The notes below the pieces were generated by a model that saw nothing but the letters and a program-made list of their open reading frames with translations, had not been told where the DNA came from and ran no database searches. Of a stretch of DNA of 64,000 bases, positions 51,572-59,535 are shown piece by piece (position 1 is the stretch's first letter; each line of letters opens with the position of its first letter). The stretch covers positions 186,001 through 250,000 of the IMG/VR virus record IMGVR_UViG_3300042350_002797; one strand, 5' to 3'. The position numbers and the translations under genes were made by a program.

Positions 51572-51891
51572 ATTTCGCTATCTTCCAAAGCAAAATCAAT
51601 TCCGTATTGATTCGTTATAATTTCAAAGTAATTCCAAATAAATTCGTTCTCCTCCTTAGAGTAAAAATTATTAAATTCTTCTTTACTTTCAAAAATTACA
51701 GAACTATATAATATTGTTCCTTGAGGTTGTTCGACAAATTTAGTTTCCTTTCTTATAAATCCAGGAACTATATACAATGCATTTAGATAAGGTTCATACA
51801 TCGAATGTGAACGTATATCTCGTATGAAATTCAATAACCGTTCTTTATCTGATGCATCTCTTGACTTTAAAATTGCAGTTCTGCTAAACAT
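51568..51891 (-). CDS. Small dimeric alpha-beta barrel (ABM-like) protein
   Basis: PGFI......SVIFESKEEFNNF pattern. Confidence 0.4.
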   Translation of the reverse strand: MFSRTAILKSRDASDKERLLNFIRDIRSHSMYEPYLNALYIVPGFIRKETKFVEQPQGTILYSSVIFESKEEFNNFYSKEENEFIWNYFEIITNQYGIDFALEDSEI

Positions 51892-51900
51892 AATTTTCCT

Positions 51901-52497
51901 TTAATCTTCAATTTTAAACGCTGTTCGGAATCCAATTCTTATAGGCCACGACCTATTTAATATCATATTTTTTTGATAATCATATTTTGGAATAGAATTC
52001 GACTCTAATACATGTTCAGTTATATAGTGATATTTAGATAAATTATAATCTTTTTTGAAATTTTTAGAAAATCTAAGAAGTCTATCTATTCCTCCAATCG
52101 AACGTACACCCAAGTGTTCTGCATTATAAGCAAAATGCCATCTATTTAATTTTCTTTTATTTTCCATTTCGTCGAAAATAATTTGATCAATGTCTTTAAA
52201 CATGTCGATCATTTCAGTATTATTAATTAAAAATCCTCTATTTTCGAATAAATGGTGTGCCCAACACCATGCCGGTGCCGTAGAAAATTCTTTCAAGATT
52301 ATTGCCCCTACTAGATTATTTTTGTTAAATATTCCAACATTAAAAAATAACTTATCGTTTAACATTGTTTCTGTAGACTGTATTAAGTAGTCTTGATACT
52401 GATGATCGGTATATCCGTTAAATACTTGAGGGTTTTTAACAAATAAATTTTTTAAAATACTTTGGTCTTCTTTTTGTAAAATTTTAATATTAAACAT
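51901..52497 (-). CDS. Hypothetical protein, possible GNAT fold
   Basis: IKILQKED..., FNVGIFNKNNLVGAI. Confidence 0.4.
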   Translation of the reverse strand: MFNIKILQKEDQSILKNLFVKNPQVFNGYTDHQYQDYLIQSTETMLNDKLFFNVGIFNKNNLVGAIILKEFSTAPAWCWAHHLFENRGFLINNTEMIDMFKDIDQIIFDEMENKRKLNRWHFAYNAEHLGVRSIGGIDRLLRFSKNFKKDYNLSKYHYITEHVLESNSIPKYDYQKNMILNRSWPIRIGFRTAFKIED

Positions 52498-52548
52498 GAT
52501 AACTTACTTATCATGTTCAAAAAAAAAATAATTTAATTAGGAAAATGT

Positions 52549-52881
52549 ATGTATATAAGAAGTTATAAGTTAGTATGTCAAGGTCAACCTAAAATGGATC
52601 GATTTCGAATAGTCACTACACAGGGGTTAAAATTCAATCAATTAATGAAAAATTACAATGTTAAATTTCAAGGGTTTGTTGAAGCACGTGATGATCACTA
52701 TGATAACGAACGTTGGGAAATTACCACTGTATGGGAATCAAAGTCAGATTGGGAAAAAGCTATGCAACATCCTATGCGAAAAATGTTCTGGTCTCGATTC
52801 GAAATGGAGGCGTTAAAGCATGATATTGATTTGACTATAACAGACAGTCTCGGTGAAACAATTAAACCTTTAGAAATTTAA
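52549..52881 (+). CDS. Antibiotic-biosynthesis-monooxygenase-like protein
   Basis: ITTVWESKSDWEKAMQHP. Confidence 0.5.
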   Translation: MYIRSYKLVCQGQPKMDRFRIVTTQGLKFNQLMKNYNVKFQGFVEARDDHYDNERWEITTVWESKSDWEKAMQHPMRKMFWSRFEMEALKHDIDLTITDSLGETIKPLEI

Positions 52882-52891
52882 GGAATATGAT

Positions 52892-53287
52892 ATGGAAAAA
52901 TTTATAAAAATACTGACAGTAACACAAACTGCTCCTGATATCGATGGCGAAATTAATGTGATAAAAACTTTAGAGACATCTGTTGCATGGCACCAATTAT
53001 ATTACTGTCATCCTCATCCATCTAATTATATCGACAATGTTACAGTTAATTTAAGTGAAGATAAATCGTATGCCGAGTTTCACGCTGATCATAATTCTTT
53101 GGAAACATATAACGACTGGTTTAAAACATTTGGAGAAATTTCAGAAGAGTTATATAAAGAATGTATCGATGAGTTAGAAACTGAAGGACTAATATTCGAA
53201 AGATTCTTTTCTGATGTAGATAATGCTCAATTAGAAGTGTTAGGCAATCATGCTCAACCTTTGAAAAATTTTATAAGCAAAATTTAA
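52892..53287 (+). CDS. Hypothetical acidic protein (possible ABM-like barrel)
   Basis: 131 aa; HNSLETYNDW; RBS AAGGA. Confidence 0.45.
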   Translation: MEKFIKILTVTQTAPDIDGEINVIKTLETSVAWHQLYYCHPHPSNYIDNVTVNLSEDKSYAEFHADHNSLETYNDWFKTFGEISEELYKECIDELETEGLIFERFFSDVDNAQLEVLGNHAQPLKNFISKI

Positions 53288-53290
53288 TAG

Positions 53291-54589
53291 ATGTTAAGAA
53301 TTATCGATGTTCTTCAAGTTATTGTAAAATATAATCTTGAGGAACATCTATTTCAAAATTCAAATTTCAAATTACTTTCAATCGCAAAACTTTCTTTTAA
53401 GAATCTATTCGGCATAACAACTCCGCACGGAACTTTTGAATATCGATTACGTTGTGCGCTAGAGGAACTAGGACCAGTTTTTATCAAATTTGGACAAATG
53501 TTATCATCTAGACCTGATTTAATTCCTGCAAGTATTGTTAAAGAATTAAAATTTCTTAGAGAGTCAGTAAAGCCTTTTTCTGAACATGATGTAGAAAAAA
53601 TAATAGAATTAGAATTAAAAAACTCTACAGAAAACATATTTAAAAAGTTTGATAAATCTCCTATTGCTGCGGGTAGTGTAGCGCAAGTTCATTATGCTGA
53701 ACTACACACTGGTGAGTTAGTTGCGGTTAAAATATTAAGGCCTAAAATAGAATGTATTATTAAAAAAGACATAAAGTTATTTAGAAATATTTTACAATTA
53801 ATTTTTTTGTATAATAAAAATTTAAAAAAAATTAAGATAGAAAAAATTTTAGATGAGTTATCAAATAGTTTAATGTTAGAACTAGATTTATTGATAGAAT
53901 CTGATCATATGAAAAAGTTTGCATCTAATATGAAACATGTTTCATATGTATGTGTTCCTAAAGTATATGACAAATATAGTACAAAAACTATTTTAGTGAT
54001 GGAAAGAATGTTTGGAATTCCTATTGATCAAAAACAACAACTTATTGATCAAGGTGTTGATGTTAGGATAGTAGTTCAACAAGGTGTCGAAGTAATGATG
54101 TTACAACTATTCCGAGACGGATTTTTTCATGCAGATCAACATCCCGGAAACTTATGGATTAAACCTGATGGATCTCGAATTTATTTAGATTTTGGAATAG
54201 TTGGGTCTATTACAGAGGCAGATAGAAAATCATTATTGCAAATTCTTTTCTTTTTATATTCTAAAAATAATAAAAAAACGATTGAAAAATTAATAGATGC
54301 CGGATGGTTAAACAAAAATCAAAACTTAGACCAATTAGAAGTCGATTTAATTGATATAGCACAGCTATTTGTTAATCGAAAACAAAAAGATTTTTCAATT
54401 GGTAATGTATTAAATAAATTTTTCAATTTAGTAGAAAATTATCAAGGCAATGTGCCTTATCAATTTACATTATTGGTAAAAACAATTTTAGTAACTGAAG
54501 GTATAGTAAAGCAACTAACACCTGATCTAAATATTCAAAGTATAGCAGAGCCGGTTCTTTTAAAGTTTTTTACTAAATCTTTTACTTAA
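53291..54589 (+). CDS. ubiB: UbiB/ABC1/AarF atypical kinase
   Basis: RLR.ALEELGPVFIKFGQMLS.RPDL, AAGSVAQVH, VAVK, FFHADQHPGN, LDFGIVG. Confidence 0.93.
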   Translation: MLRIIDVLQVIVKYNLEEHLFQNSNFKLLSIAKLSFKNLFGITTPHGTFEYRLRCALEELGPVFIKFGQMLSSRPDLIPASIVKELKFLRESVKPFSEHDVEKIIELELKNSTENIFKKFDKSPIAAGSVAQVHYAELHTGELVAVKILRPKIECIIKKDIKLFRNILQLIFLYNKNLKKIKIEKILDELSNSLMLELDLLIESDHMKKFASNMKHVSYVCVPKVYDKYSTKTILVMERMFGIPIDQKQQLIDQGVDVRIVVQQGVEVMMLQLFRDGFFHADQHPGNLWIKPDGSRIYLDFGIVGSITEADRKSLLQILFFLYSKNNKKTIEKLIDAGWLNKNQNLDQLEVDLIDIAQLFVNRKQKDFSIGNVLNKFFNLVENYQGNVPYQFTLLVKTILVTEGIVKQLTPDLNIQSIAEPVLLKFFTKSFT

Positions 54590-55339
54590 GAGAAATCCTA
54601 TATAACCCTCTATATCTATTTCCCACCAACGATGTTGAAGTATCAATCGTCCAGGATGAGCATGATGATTATTGTGCCATCCGAACCCCATACCTAACCA
54701 ACCTAACCATAAATTATTCGTAGTTGCATCGTCTGTAGAAAAATTTCTATAACCTGATCTATGACACCAATAGTTAACTGCACCTAGTCTAAAAAAATCC
54801 ACACAGTAGGCCAAACAGTACATCATGAAGTACACCGGATCAATCAAAACAAGTGTAAAACAAAATGTAAAAATTATTTTATAATGATGTCTATGAAAGA
54901 AAAGATAAAACGGGTCACGCAACATCTGTACAGCTAATTTTTTAGCATACTTGTCTTGTAAATATTCTTGTTCGTTATTTCCCTGAGGAAATGTCCAAGC
55001 ATAGAATACGTAGAACCAACTGTTATACATTGGACTATGAGGATCGTTAACTTTATCTGCTCTAAGATGATGAGCTTTATGCTGTATGACCCAAAATGTC
55101 ACTGGACCAATAGCGCCTAAAGTAGATAAAAATCCTAATAGCCATTTTACAGGTTTATAGGTTTCGAACTGACCATGAGCAAAATATCTATGTGCTGCTA
55201 CACCATTGCCTACTACACCAATGACAAACCAAATTACTAAGAAACTGATCCAATGATTAGGTAGTTCCCATATAGCAATTAGTCCCCATATATGAAAAGG
55301 TAGAAATACTACCCAAAAGTTAAATCCATATTTTTTCAT
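54560..55339 (-). CDS. Membrane fatty acid desaturase
   Basis: HRYFAH, HKAHH, DPHSP, GWHNNHH, WWEID. Confidence 0.9.
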   Translation of the reverse strand: MKKYGFNFWVVFLPFHIWGLIAIWELPNHWISFLVIWFVIGVVGNGVAAHRYFAHGQFETYKPVKWLLGFLSTLGAIGPVTFWVIQHKAHHLRADKVNDPHSPMYNSWFYVFYAWTFPQGNNEQEYLQDKYAKKLAVQMLRDPFYLFFHRHHYKIIFTFCFTLVLIDPVYFMMYCLAYCVDFFRLGAVNYWCHRSGYRNFSTDDATTNNLWLGWLGMGFGWHNNHHAHPGRLILQHRWWEIDIEGYIGFLLSKRFSKKL

Positions 55340-56085
55340 TGTTTAATCAATCTAATAATGTAAGCAGGTATATCAAACTCCCACCAACGTTCTTGATTGT
55401 TCCAAGCATATGGTTTAGCGTGATGTGTATTATGCCACCCTTCTCCTAATGTGATAAGATTGGCAATCCAACTATTACGGCTTTGATCTTTGACGTCCGG
55501 ATAAGGTCTATAACCATGTCTATGTGCTATAACAATAATAGCACTAGTGCTGTGTAAGCAAAGACAAGCAGGTATAGCAAACACATATATTATCATTAAT
55601 GGATCATAAGCAAATAAAATTGATATCCAAATTAGAATTACCAGCAAATATTTTTTGTGTAGTTCTCGTTGAAAGACATTTTCACGCATATCACGAACTA
55701 GTTTTAAATCTAATCTAGGCATATTCCATATACCGAACCATGCTCGAAAATTTCCCAGTATATAAGGACTATGAGGATCTCCAGGACGTTCTGCTGATCT
55801 ATGATGCTGTCTATGTACAGCTACCCAAGCTAATGGACTACCTACCACAGTAATAACACCTATAAGACTAAACAGTTGCTCCCAGAATCGATGTGTTTTA
55901 AAACTACGATGACTGAGTAGTCTATGGTAACCAATGTTAATACCAAGTACACCTATGATCCAATAGGTTACTAAGGACACAAATAATAAACTATATTCAG
56001 CAATGTAGATAGCATATATTATACCTATTGTAGCAATTACATGATTAATTACTTGTAGTGTTCTTACAGTTTGATTATGTGTCAT
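55336..56085 (-). CDS. Membrane fatty acid desaturase
   Basis: GYHRLLSH, HRQHH, GDPHSP, GEGWHNTHH, WWEFD. Confidence 0.92.
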   Translation of the reverse strand: MTHNQTVRTLQVINHVIATIGIIYAIYIAEYSLLFVSLVTYWIIGVLGINIGYHRLLSHRSFKTHRFWEQLFSLIGVITVVGSPLAWVAVHRQHHRSAERPGDPHSPYILGNFRAWFGIWNMPRLDLKLVRDMRENVFQRELHKKYLLVILIWISILFAYDPLMIIYVFAIPACLCLHSTSAIIVIAHRHGYRPYPDVKDQSRNSWIANLITLGEGWHNTHHAKPYAWNNQERWWEFDIPAYIIRLIKQ

Positions 56086-56644
56086 TTTTATCATCTACAA
56101 CTAGCCATCCTAATTTAAGTAAGTCATCTCGAATTTCTTCAGTGACAACGCCTTCAGACACAAACTTAGTACGAGCAGCCCATTCGCAGAAAGTCTCTTC
56201 ATCTTTATCCCAACTGCCTGCAAGCCCTCCCATGCCACTACAGTACCAGTCAATGTAGTCACCTTCTTGACGCATGTCAGCAATGATGCCTCCAGCATAG
56301 CGCCAACTAGCACTCCATGTCTCTTCTTTTAATACTGGCCACAAATCACGTTTTTGAAATTCATTATTACACATTGCTGCATATAAATTTTGAGCGTAAT
56401 GTTCTTTATTGCGAACTTTTTCCAAAATCCAATCGCAAGTACGCAGATCATATTCTAAGTTATTTTTTTGCCACTCAGGATTTGTTTCATTTTCCTCGGC
56501 TCGAATTCCCCAGCTATTATAAAACTCTAGCATAGTCTTGACATGTTCATCATTTTCAGGAGTGCGACCTTTTTCAGCCCATCTTTCAAGGGACTTAGAT
56601 TTTTGAAAACTATAACGATCAGGACTTTTACTTGGCTTGTTCAT
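56075..56644 (-). CDS. Hypothetical phage protein
   Basis: NLEYDLR, YAQNLYAAMCNN, SWRYAGGIIA, DYIDWYCSG. Confidence 0.65.
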   Translation of the reverse strand: MNKPSKSPDRYSFQKSKSLERWAEKGRTPENDEHVKTMLEFYNSWGIRAEENETNPEWQKNNLEYDLRTCDWILEKVRNKEHYAQNLYAAMCNNEFQKRDLWPVLKEETWSASWRYAGGIIADMRQEGDYIDWYCSGMGGLAGSWDKDEETFCEWAARTKFVSEGVVTEEIRDDLLKLGWLVVDDKNDT

Positions 56645-56664
56645 ATCTGTACTTATCGAAATTA

Positions 56665-56879
56665 AAAAGGAATGTGGGCATACAAGGCTGTTTTAGCGAC
56701 CTAAAGCTTTGTACTATATTCACTAGCTAGGTGATCTCAACAACTTTTCGGACTAATTGAAAAACTATCTGGACCCTCAGGAGTACCTGATATTCGCACG
56801 GGGATCAAACAACTGTACTACCGATTTCAACTAAGCCTATTCAGGTAACAGCATCCGCTACAATGATTATGCCCACAAC
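56665..56879 (-). ncRNA. Candidate ~210-nt structured ncRNA
   Basis: Has its own promoter, a 10-bp terminal stem TGTGGGCATA/TATGCCCACA, nested helices and a U-tract at the 3' end; no convincing ORF. Confidence 0.55.
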
Positions 56880-56882
56880 TAT

Positions 56883-56911
56883 ATTTTACATTCAGTAGAA
56901 TGTAAAGTCAA
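56883..56911 (-). promoter_or_regulatory. Sigma70 promoter for the candidate ncRNA
   Basis: TTGACT-17-TAAAAT. Confidence 0.7.
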
Positions 56912-56936
56912 AAAAATAGGCACCGAAGTGCCTATT
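56910..56936 (-). terminator. Intrinsic terminator
   Basis: AATAGGCAC-TTCG-GTGCCTATT followed by a T run. Confidence 0.85.
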
Positions 56937-57534
56937 ACATAGTTGGACCGTTGCCGTTTTTAAAACCAACTGTGCCACCTTCTGCTTCGATACGTTTGAT
57001 TACGTCTTCGAATAATATAGGCGTGTAGTCAGTTTGTTCTACACAAACGCAATGATAACGAGGATCGATTTCGTCACTGTACAGAACTTCACCTGTTTTA
57101 GCATTTATGCCACGTGCTTTTTTAACACGACCTGCATGTAAGTGTCCGTGTATGTTTACACCAAAACGTCCTAAACTTGCTTCGTGTACAGGAATATGAC
57201 TCAGTATCATTCCATTCATAACGTGGTAAGCACGAAGTTCTCGAAAATATTCGTTATATTCTGTATCACGAAAGATGTCGTGATTGCCTCGGATTAACAC
57301 TTTATCTCCGTTTAATCGAGACAATGTAGATAACGCTTTACGGTTAATAACCACATCACCTAAATGATAAACTTTATCGTTTGGGCGAACACGGTCGTTC
57401 CAACGGCGGATCATTTCTTCGTCCATTTCGCTAGGATCGTCCCAAGGACGAAGTTTAGTTCCGTCGTCGCGTAAGAATCGGCACACACCAGCATGACCAA
57501 AGTGCGTGTCGCTAACTAAAAATACTGCTGGCAT
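56935..57534 (-). CDS. Calcineurin-like metallophosphoesterase
   Basis: SDTHFGH, YHLGDV, RGNHD, LSHIP, HGHLH. Confidence 0.9.
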   Translation of the reverse strand: MPAVFLVSDTHFGHAGVCRFLRDDGTKLRPWDDPSEMDEEMIRRWNDRVRPNDKVYHLGDVVINRKALSTLSRLNGDKVLIRGNHDIFRDTEYNEYFRELRAYHVMNGMILSHIPVHEASLGRFGVNIHGHLHAGRVKKARGINAKTGEVLYSDEIDPRYHCVCVEQTDYTPILFEDVIKRIEAEGGTVGFKNGNGPTM

Positions 57535-57559
57535 AGTGCCCTCCTTTCTTTAAAATTGT

Positions 57560-57588
57560 ATTATACTATCAATCGGATGTAATGTCAA
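57560..57588 (-). promoter_or_regulatory. Sigma70 promoter
   Basis: TTGACA-17-TATAAT. Confidence 0.8.
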
Positions 57589-57594
57589 CCGTTG

Positions 57595-58200
57595 CTATAC
57601 TGCTAGGTATTCTACGTCTGCTGCCAAAATAAATCTAAATTTGTTGCTCTGAACTATTCCAGGTCTGTGCCAATAATCACTAGGGTATACTAACCAACTA
57701 AATTTTTCTGGTTTAACATAAAATTTTCCAGAGTTTTCTGGACCGTTAGGTGCAAACTCTGTGCCACAATAATTTAGATCAGTTACATCGTCAGGAATAT
57801 CTAAATACCAAATTCCGCTTAATAATTTACTTTTTTCAGTGCTAGGATGCCAATGATGATGCCAAAGATTGTTTCTATCTTCTGCACCTTCTAAGTTAGT
57901 CATGAAACTCCAAGCCTGCATATTAAAAACTTTGACTTCTCTTCCTAGATACATGAATACACTGAAAAGAAAACTCATTCTGTATTTTAACCAAACTTCT
58001 TCTGTTCGATTAAAAATATTTTCTTTAGTTTGATATTTTGGGCTGTTAGTATAGTAGTTGCCGTTATCAATAATTTGTTTTACAATATTGCAAGCATTAT
58101 CGTTATCTTGTTTGTTAATGACAGAACTGAAGTCGAACTTTTTAAAGATTTGATTGCTATCTATTACAGTAGAATTTTTAGGTAGGATAATATTATTCAT
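57595..58200 (-). CDS. Putative 2OG-Fe(II) oxygenase
   Basis: AWSF, WHHH, LSGIWYL, GTEF, YPS.YWH.P, RFILAAD. Confidence 0.65.
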   Translation of the reverse strand: MNNIILPKNSTVIDSNQIFKKFDFSSVINKQDNDNACNIVKQIIDNGNYYTNSPKYQTKENIFNRTEEVWLKYRMSFLFSVFMYLGREVKVFNMQAWSFMTNLEGAEDRNNLWHHHWHPSTEKSKLLSGIWYLDIPDDVTDLNYCGTEFAPNGPENSGKFYVKPEKFSWLVYPSDYWHRPGIVQSNKFRFILAADVEYLAV

Positions 58201-58207
58201 ATATTAA

Positions 58208-58286
58208 TGGTCGGGGAAGAGGGATTCGAACTCTCGATCTCCTGCTCCCAAAGCAGGCGCTTTAAACCAGACTAAGCTACACCCCG
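58208..58286 (-). tRNA. tRNA-Pro(TGG)
   Basis: Cloverleaf; CCTGC-TT TGG GA-GCAGG; encoded CCA. Confidence 0.95.
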
Positions 58287-58291
58287 AAACT

Positions 58292-58367
58292 TGGAGCGGG
58301 TGATCAGGTTCGAACTGACGACATTCTGCTTGGAAGGCAGACGCTCTACCAACTGAGCTACACCCGC
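58292..58367 (-). tRNA. tRNA-Gly(TCC)
   Basis: TCTGC-CT TCC AA-GCAGA; ends TCCA. Confidence 0.95.
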
Positions 58368-58371
58368 ATGT

Positions 58372-58572
58372 GTTCTTGTTAGGCTACTAATCCTCATTAG
58401 CCCCTAACTGAGTTGTTACCCTGTCCCCTGACGTTCCTTATGGCTTGTGCCAGCTAAACCTACGATTTTTCTTGCACCCATGTAAGCGGGTTCTGAGGCG
58501 TCATCGTATGAGCCCTGGTATTTTGGTGACACCAACCACCCCCTTTAATAACGCAGAAGGGACTGCGAGGTT
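58372..58572 (-). ncRNA. Candidate ~200-nt pseudoknotted ncRNA between tRNA-Thr and tRNA-Gly
   Basis: GC-rich, multiple complementary segments, H-type pseudoknot near the 5' end and a hairpin at the 3' end. Confidence 0.5.
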
Positions 58573-58574
58573 CT

Positions 58575-58650
58575 TGGTGCTGGTCGCAGGACTCGAACCC
58601 GCCACCTACGGATTACAAATCCGTTGCTCTACCTGATGAGCTAGACCAGC
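58575..58650 (-). tRNA. tRNA-Thr(TGT)
   Basis: ACGGA-TT TGT AA-TCCGT; CCA. Confidence 0.95.
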
Positions 58651-58657
58651 GTAAACT

Positions 58658-58849
58658 TTATTCTACTACTGTTTCTTCAACTTTGTGTCCGTATTTAATT
58701 AAAGTATTAATGCGACGTTGAATTTTCATTTTGTGCTTAGGACGACAAGATCCGAGCAATTCATTTAATTGTTTAACATTCAAAGGACCAAGACGTGTTT
58801 TACCAGTCTTGGTTTTCATAGGATCACGTTTAAAACTTTTAGCTGCCAT
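58658..58849 (-). CDS. Small basic hypothetical protein
   Basis: 63 aa, RBS GAGGA; KTKTGKTRLGPLN. Confidence 0.6.
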   Translation of the reverse strand: MAAKSFKRDPMKTKTGKTRLGPLNVKQLNELLGSCRPKHKMKIQRRINTLIKYGHKVEETVVE

Positions 58850-59076
58850 TATTCCTCATCCTTAAATTCTTCAAGCAATTTTGCCTGCCATTCTGATTCG
58901 GATAAGTTATGTAGTCCAGTACAATATCCGCTGGCACTACGACCACATCCGCAAGGGACTTGATTTTCTTCTATAGTACTCATATTTTTACCTTTATTAA
59001 AAATAGCATCCCAGTTTTTATCATAAGTCGATTGACTTACACTAAAAGGTCTAGGACGAGATCCTTTGCCTGCCAT
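58849..59076 (-). CDS. Small protein with C-terminal CDGSH-like Fe-S motif
   Basis: MAGKGSRPRP...NWDAIF, then internal M and CGCGRSASGYCTGLH. Confidence 0.6.
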   Translation of the reverse strand: MAGKGSRPRPFSVSQSTYDKNWDAIFNKGKNMSTIEENQVPCGCGRSASGYCTGLHNLSESEWQAKLLEEFKDEE

Positions 59077-59077
59077 T

Positions 59078-59248
59078 TTATTCTGCTGTCCCAGTGTTAC
59101 GATCTGCTTTACTAGCCTTAGGCCTGATAGCTGCTGCTAGTTCTGCTTGAATCATTGCACGTTTAAATTCGTAACTACGAGGAGGCAACATGCTGGCCAT
59201 TATCATTTTACTAGACTTACTTAGTTTAAAATTACCTTTAGCTTTCAT
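59078..59248 (-). CDS. Small basic hypothetical protein
   Basis: MKAKGNFKLSKSSK...FKRAMIQAELA; GGAG upstream. Confidence 0.55.
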   Translation of the reverse strand: MKAKGNFKLSKSSKMIMASMLPPRSYEFKRAMIQAELAAAIRPKASKADRNTGTAE

Positions 59249-59414
59249 TTTTACGATTCTCCGGAATAAATTCATTCATTGCTACAACTAGCCATCCAGT
59301 AAATCCAGTAACATAGGCACTGAACATGTTTGGATTATCAAAATTAGTTCCCATACCAATAGCAGTAAAAACTACTATTAATACAGGAGTCCACTTCTTT
59401 AAGAATAATAGCAT
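59238..59414 (-). CDS. Small membrane protein (58 aa)
   Basis: Not in track. MLLFLKKWTPVLIVVFTAIGMG...NES*. Confidence 0.5.
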   Translation of the reverse strand: MLLFLKKWTPVLIVVFTAIGMGTNFDNPNMFSAYVTGFTGWLVVAMNEFIPENRKNES

Positions 59415-59435
59415 TTGCTTCTTTCAAAAAAAAAT

Positions 59436-59527
59436 TGGCGGAGATAGTTGGATTCGAACCAACGGTAGAGTTTAATCCCTACGACAGTTTAGCAAACTGC
59501 TGCCTTAAGCCTCTCGGCCATATCTCC
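59436..59527 (-). tRNA. tRNA-Ser(GCT)
   Basis: GCAGT-TT GCT AA-ACTGT; long variable arm; ends GCCA. Confidence 0.95.
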
Positions 59528-59535
59528 GTAAAACT

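Noticed and set aside
43596-56085. Cluster as a captured host fab operon
   Set aside because: It lacks plsX-fabH-fabD-fabG synteny, the proteins are divergent and AT-rich, and it shares promoter motifs and oxygenase paralogs with the phage flanks. A mis-assembly cannot be fully excluded without reads.
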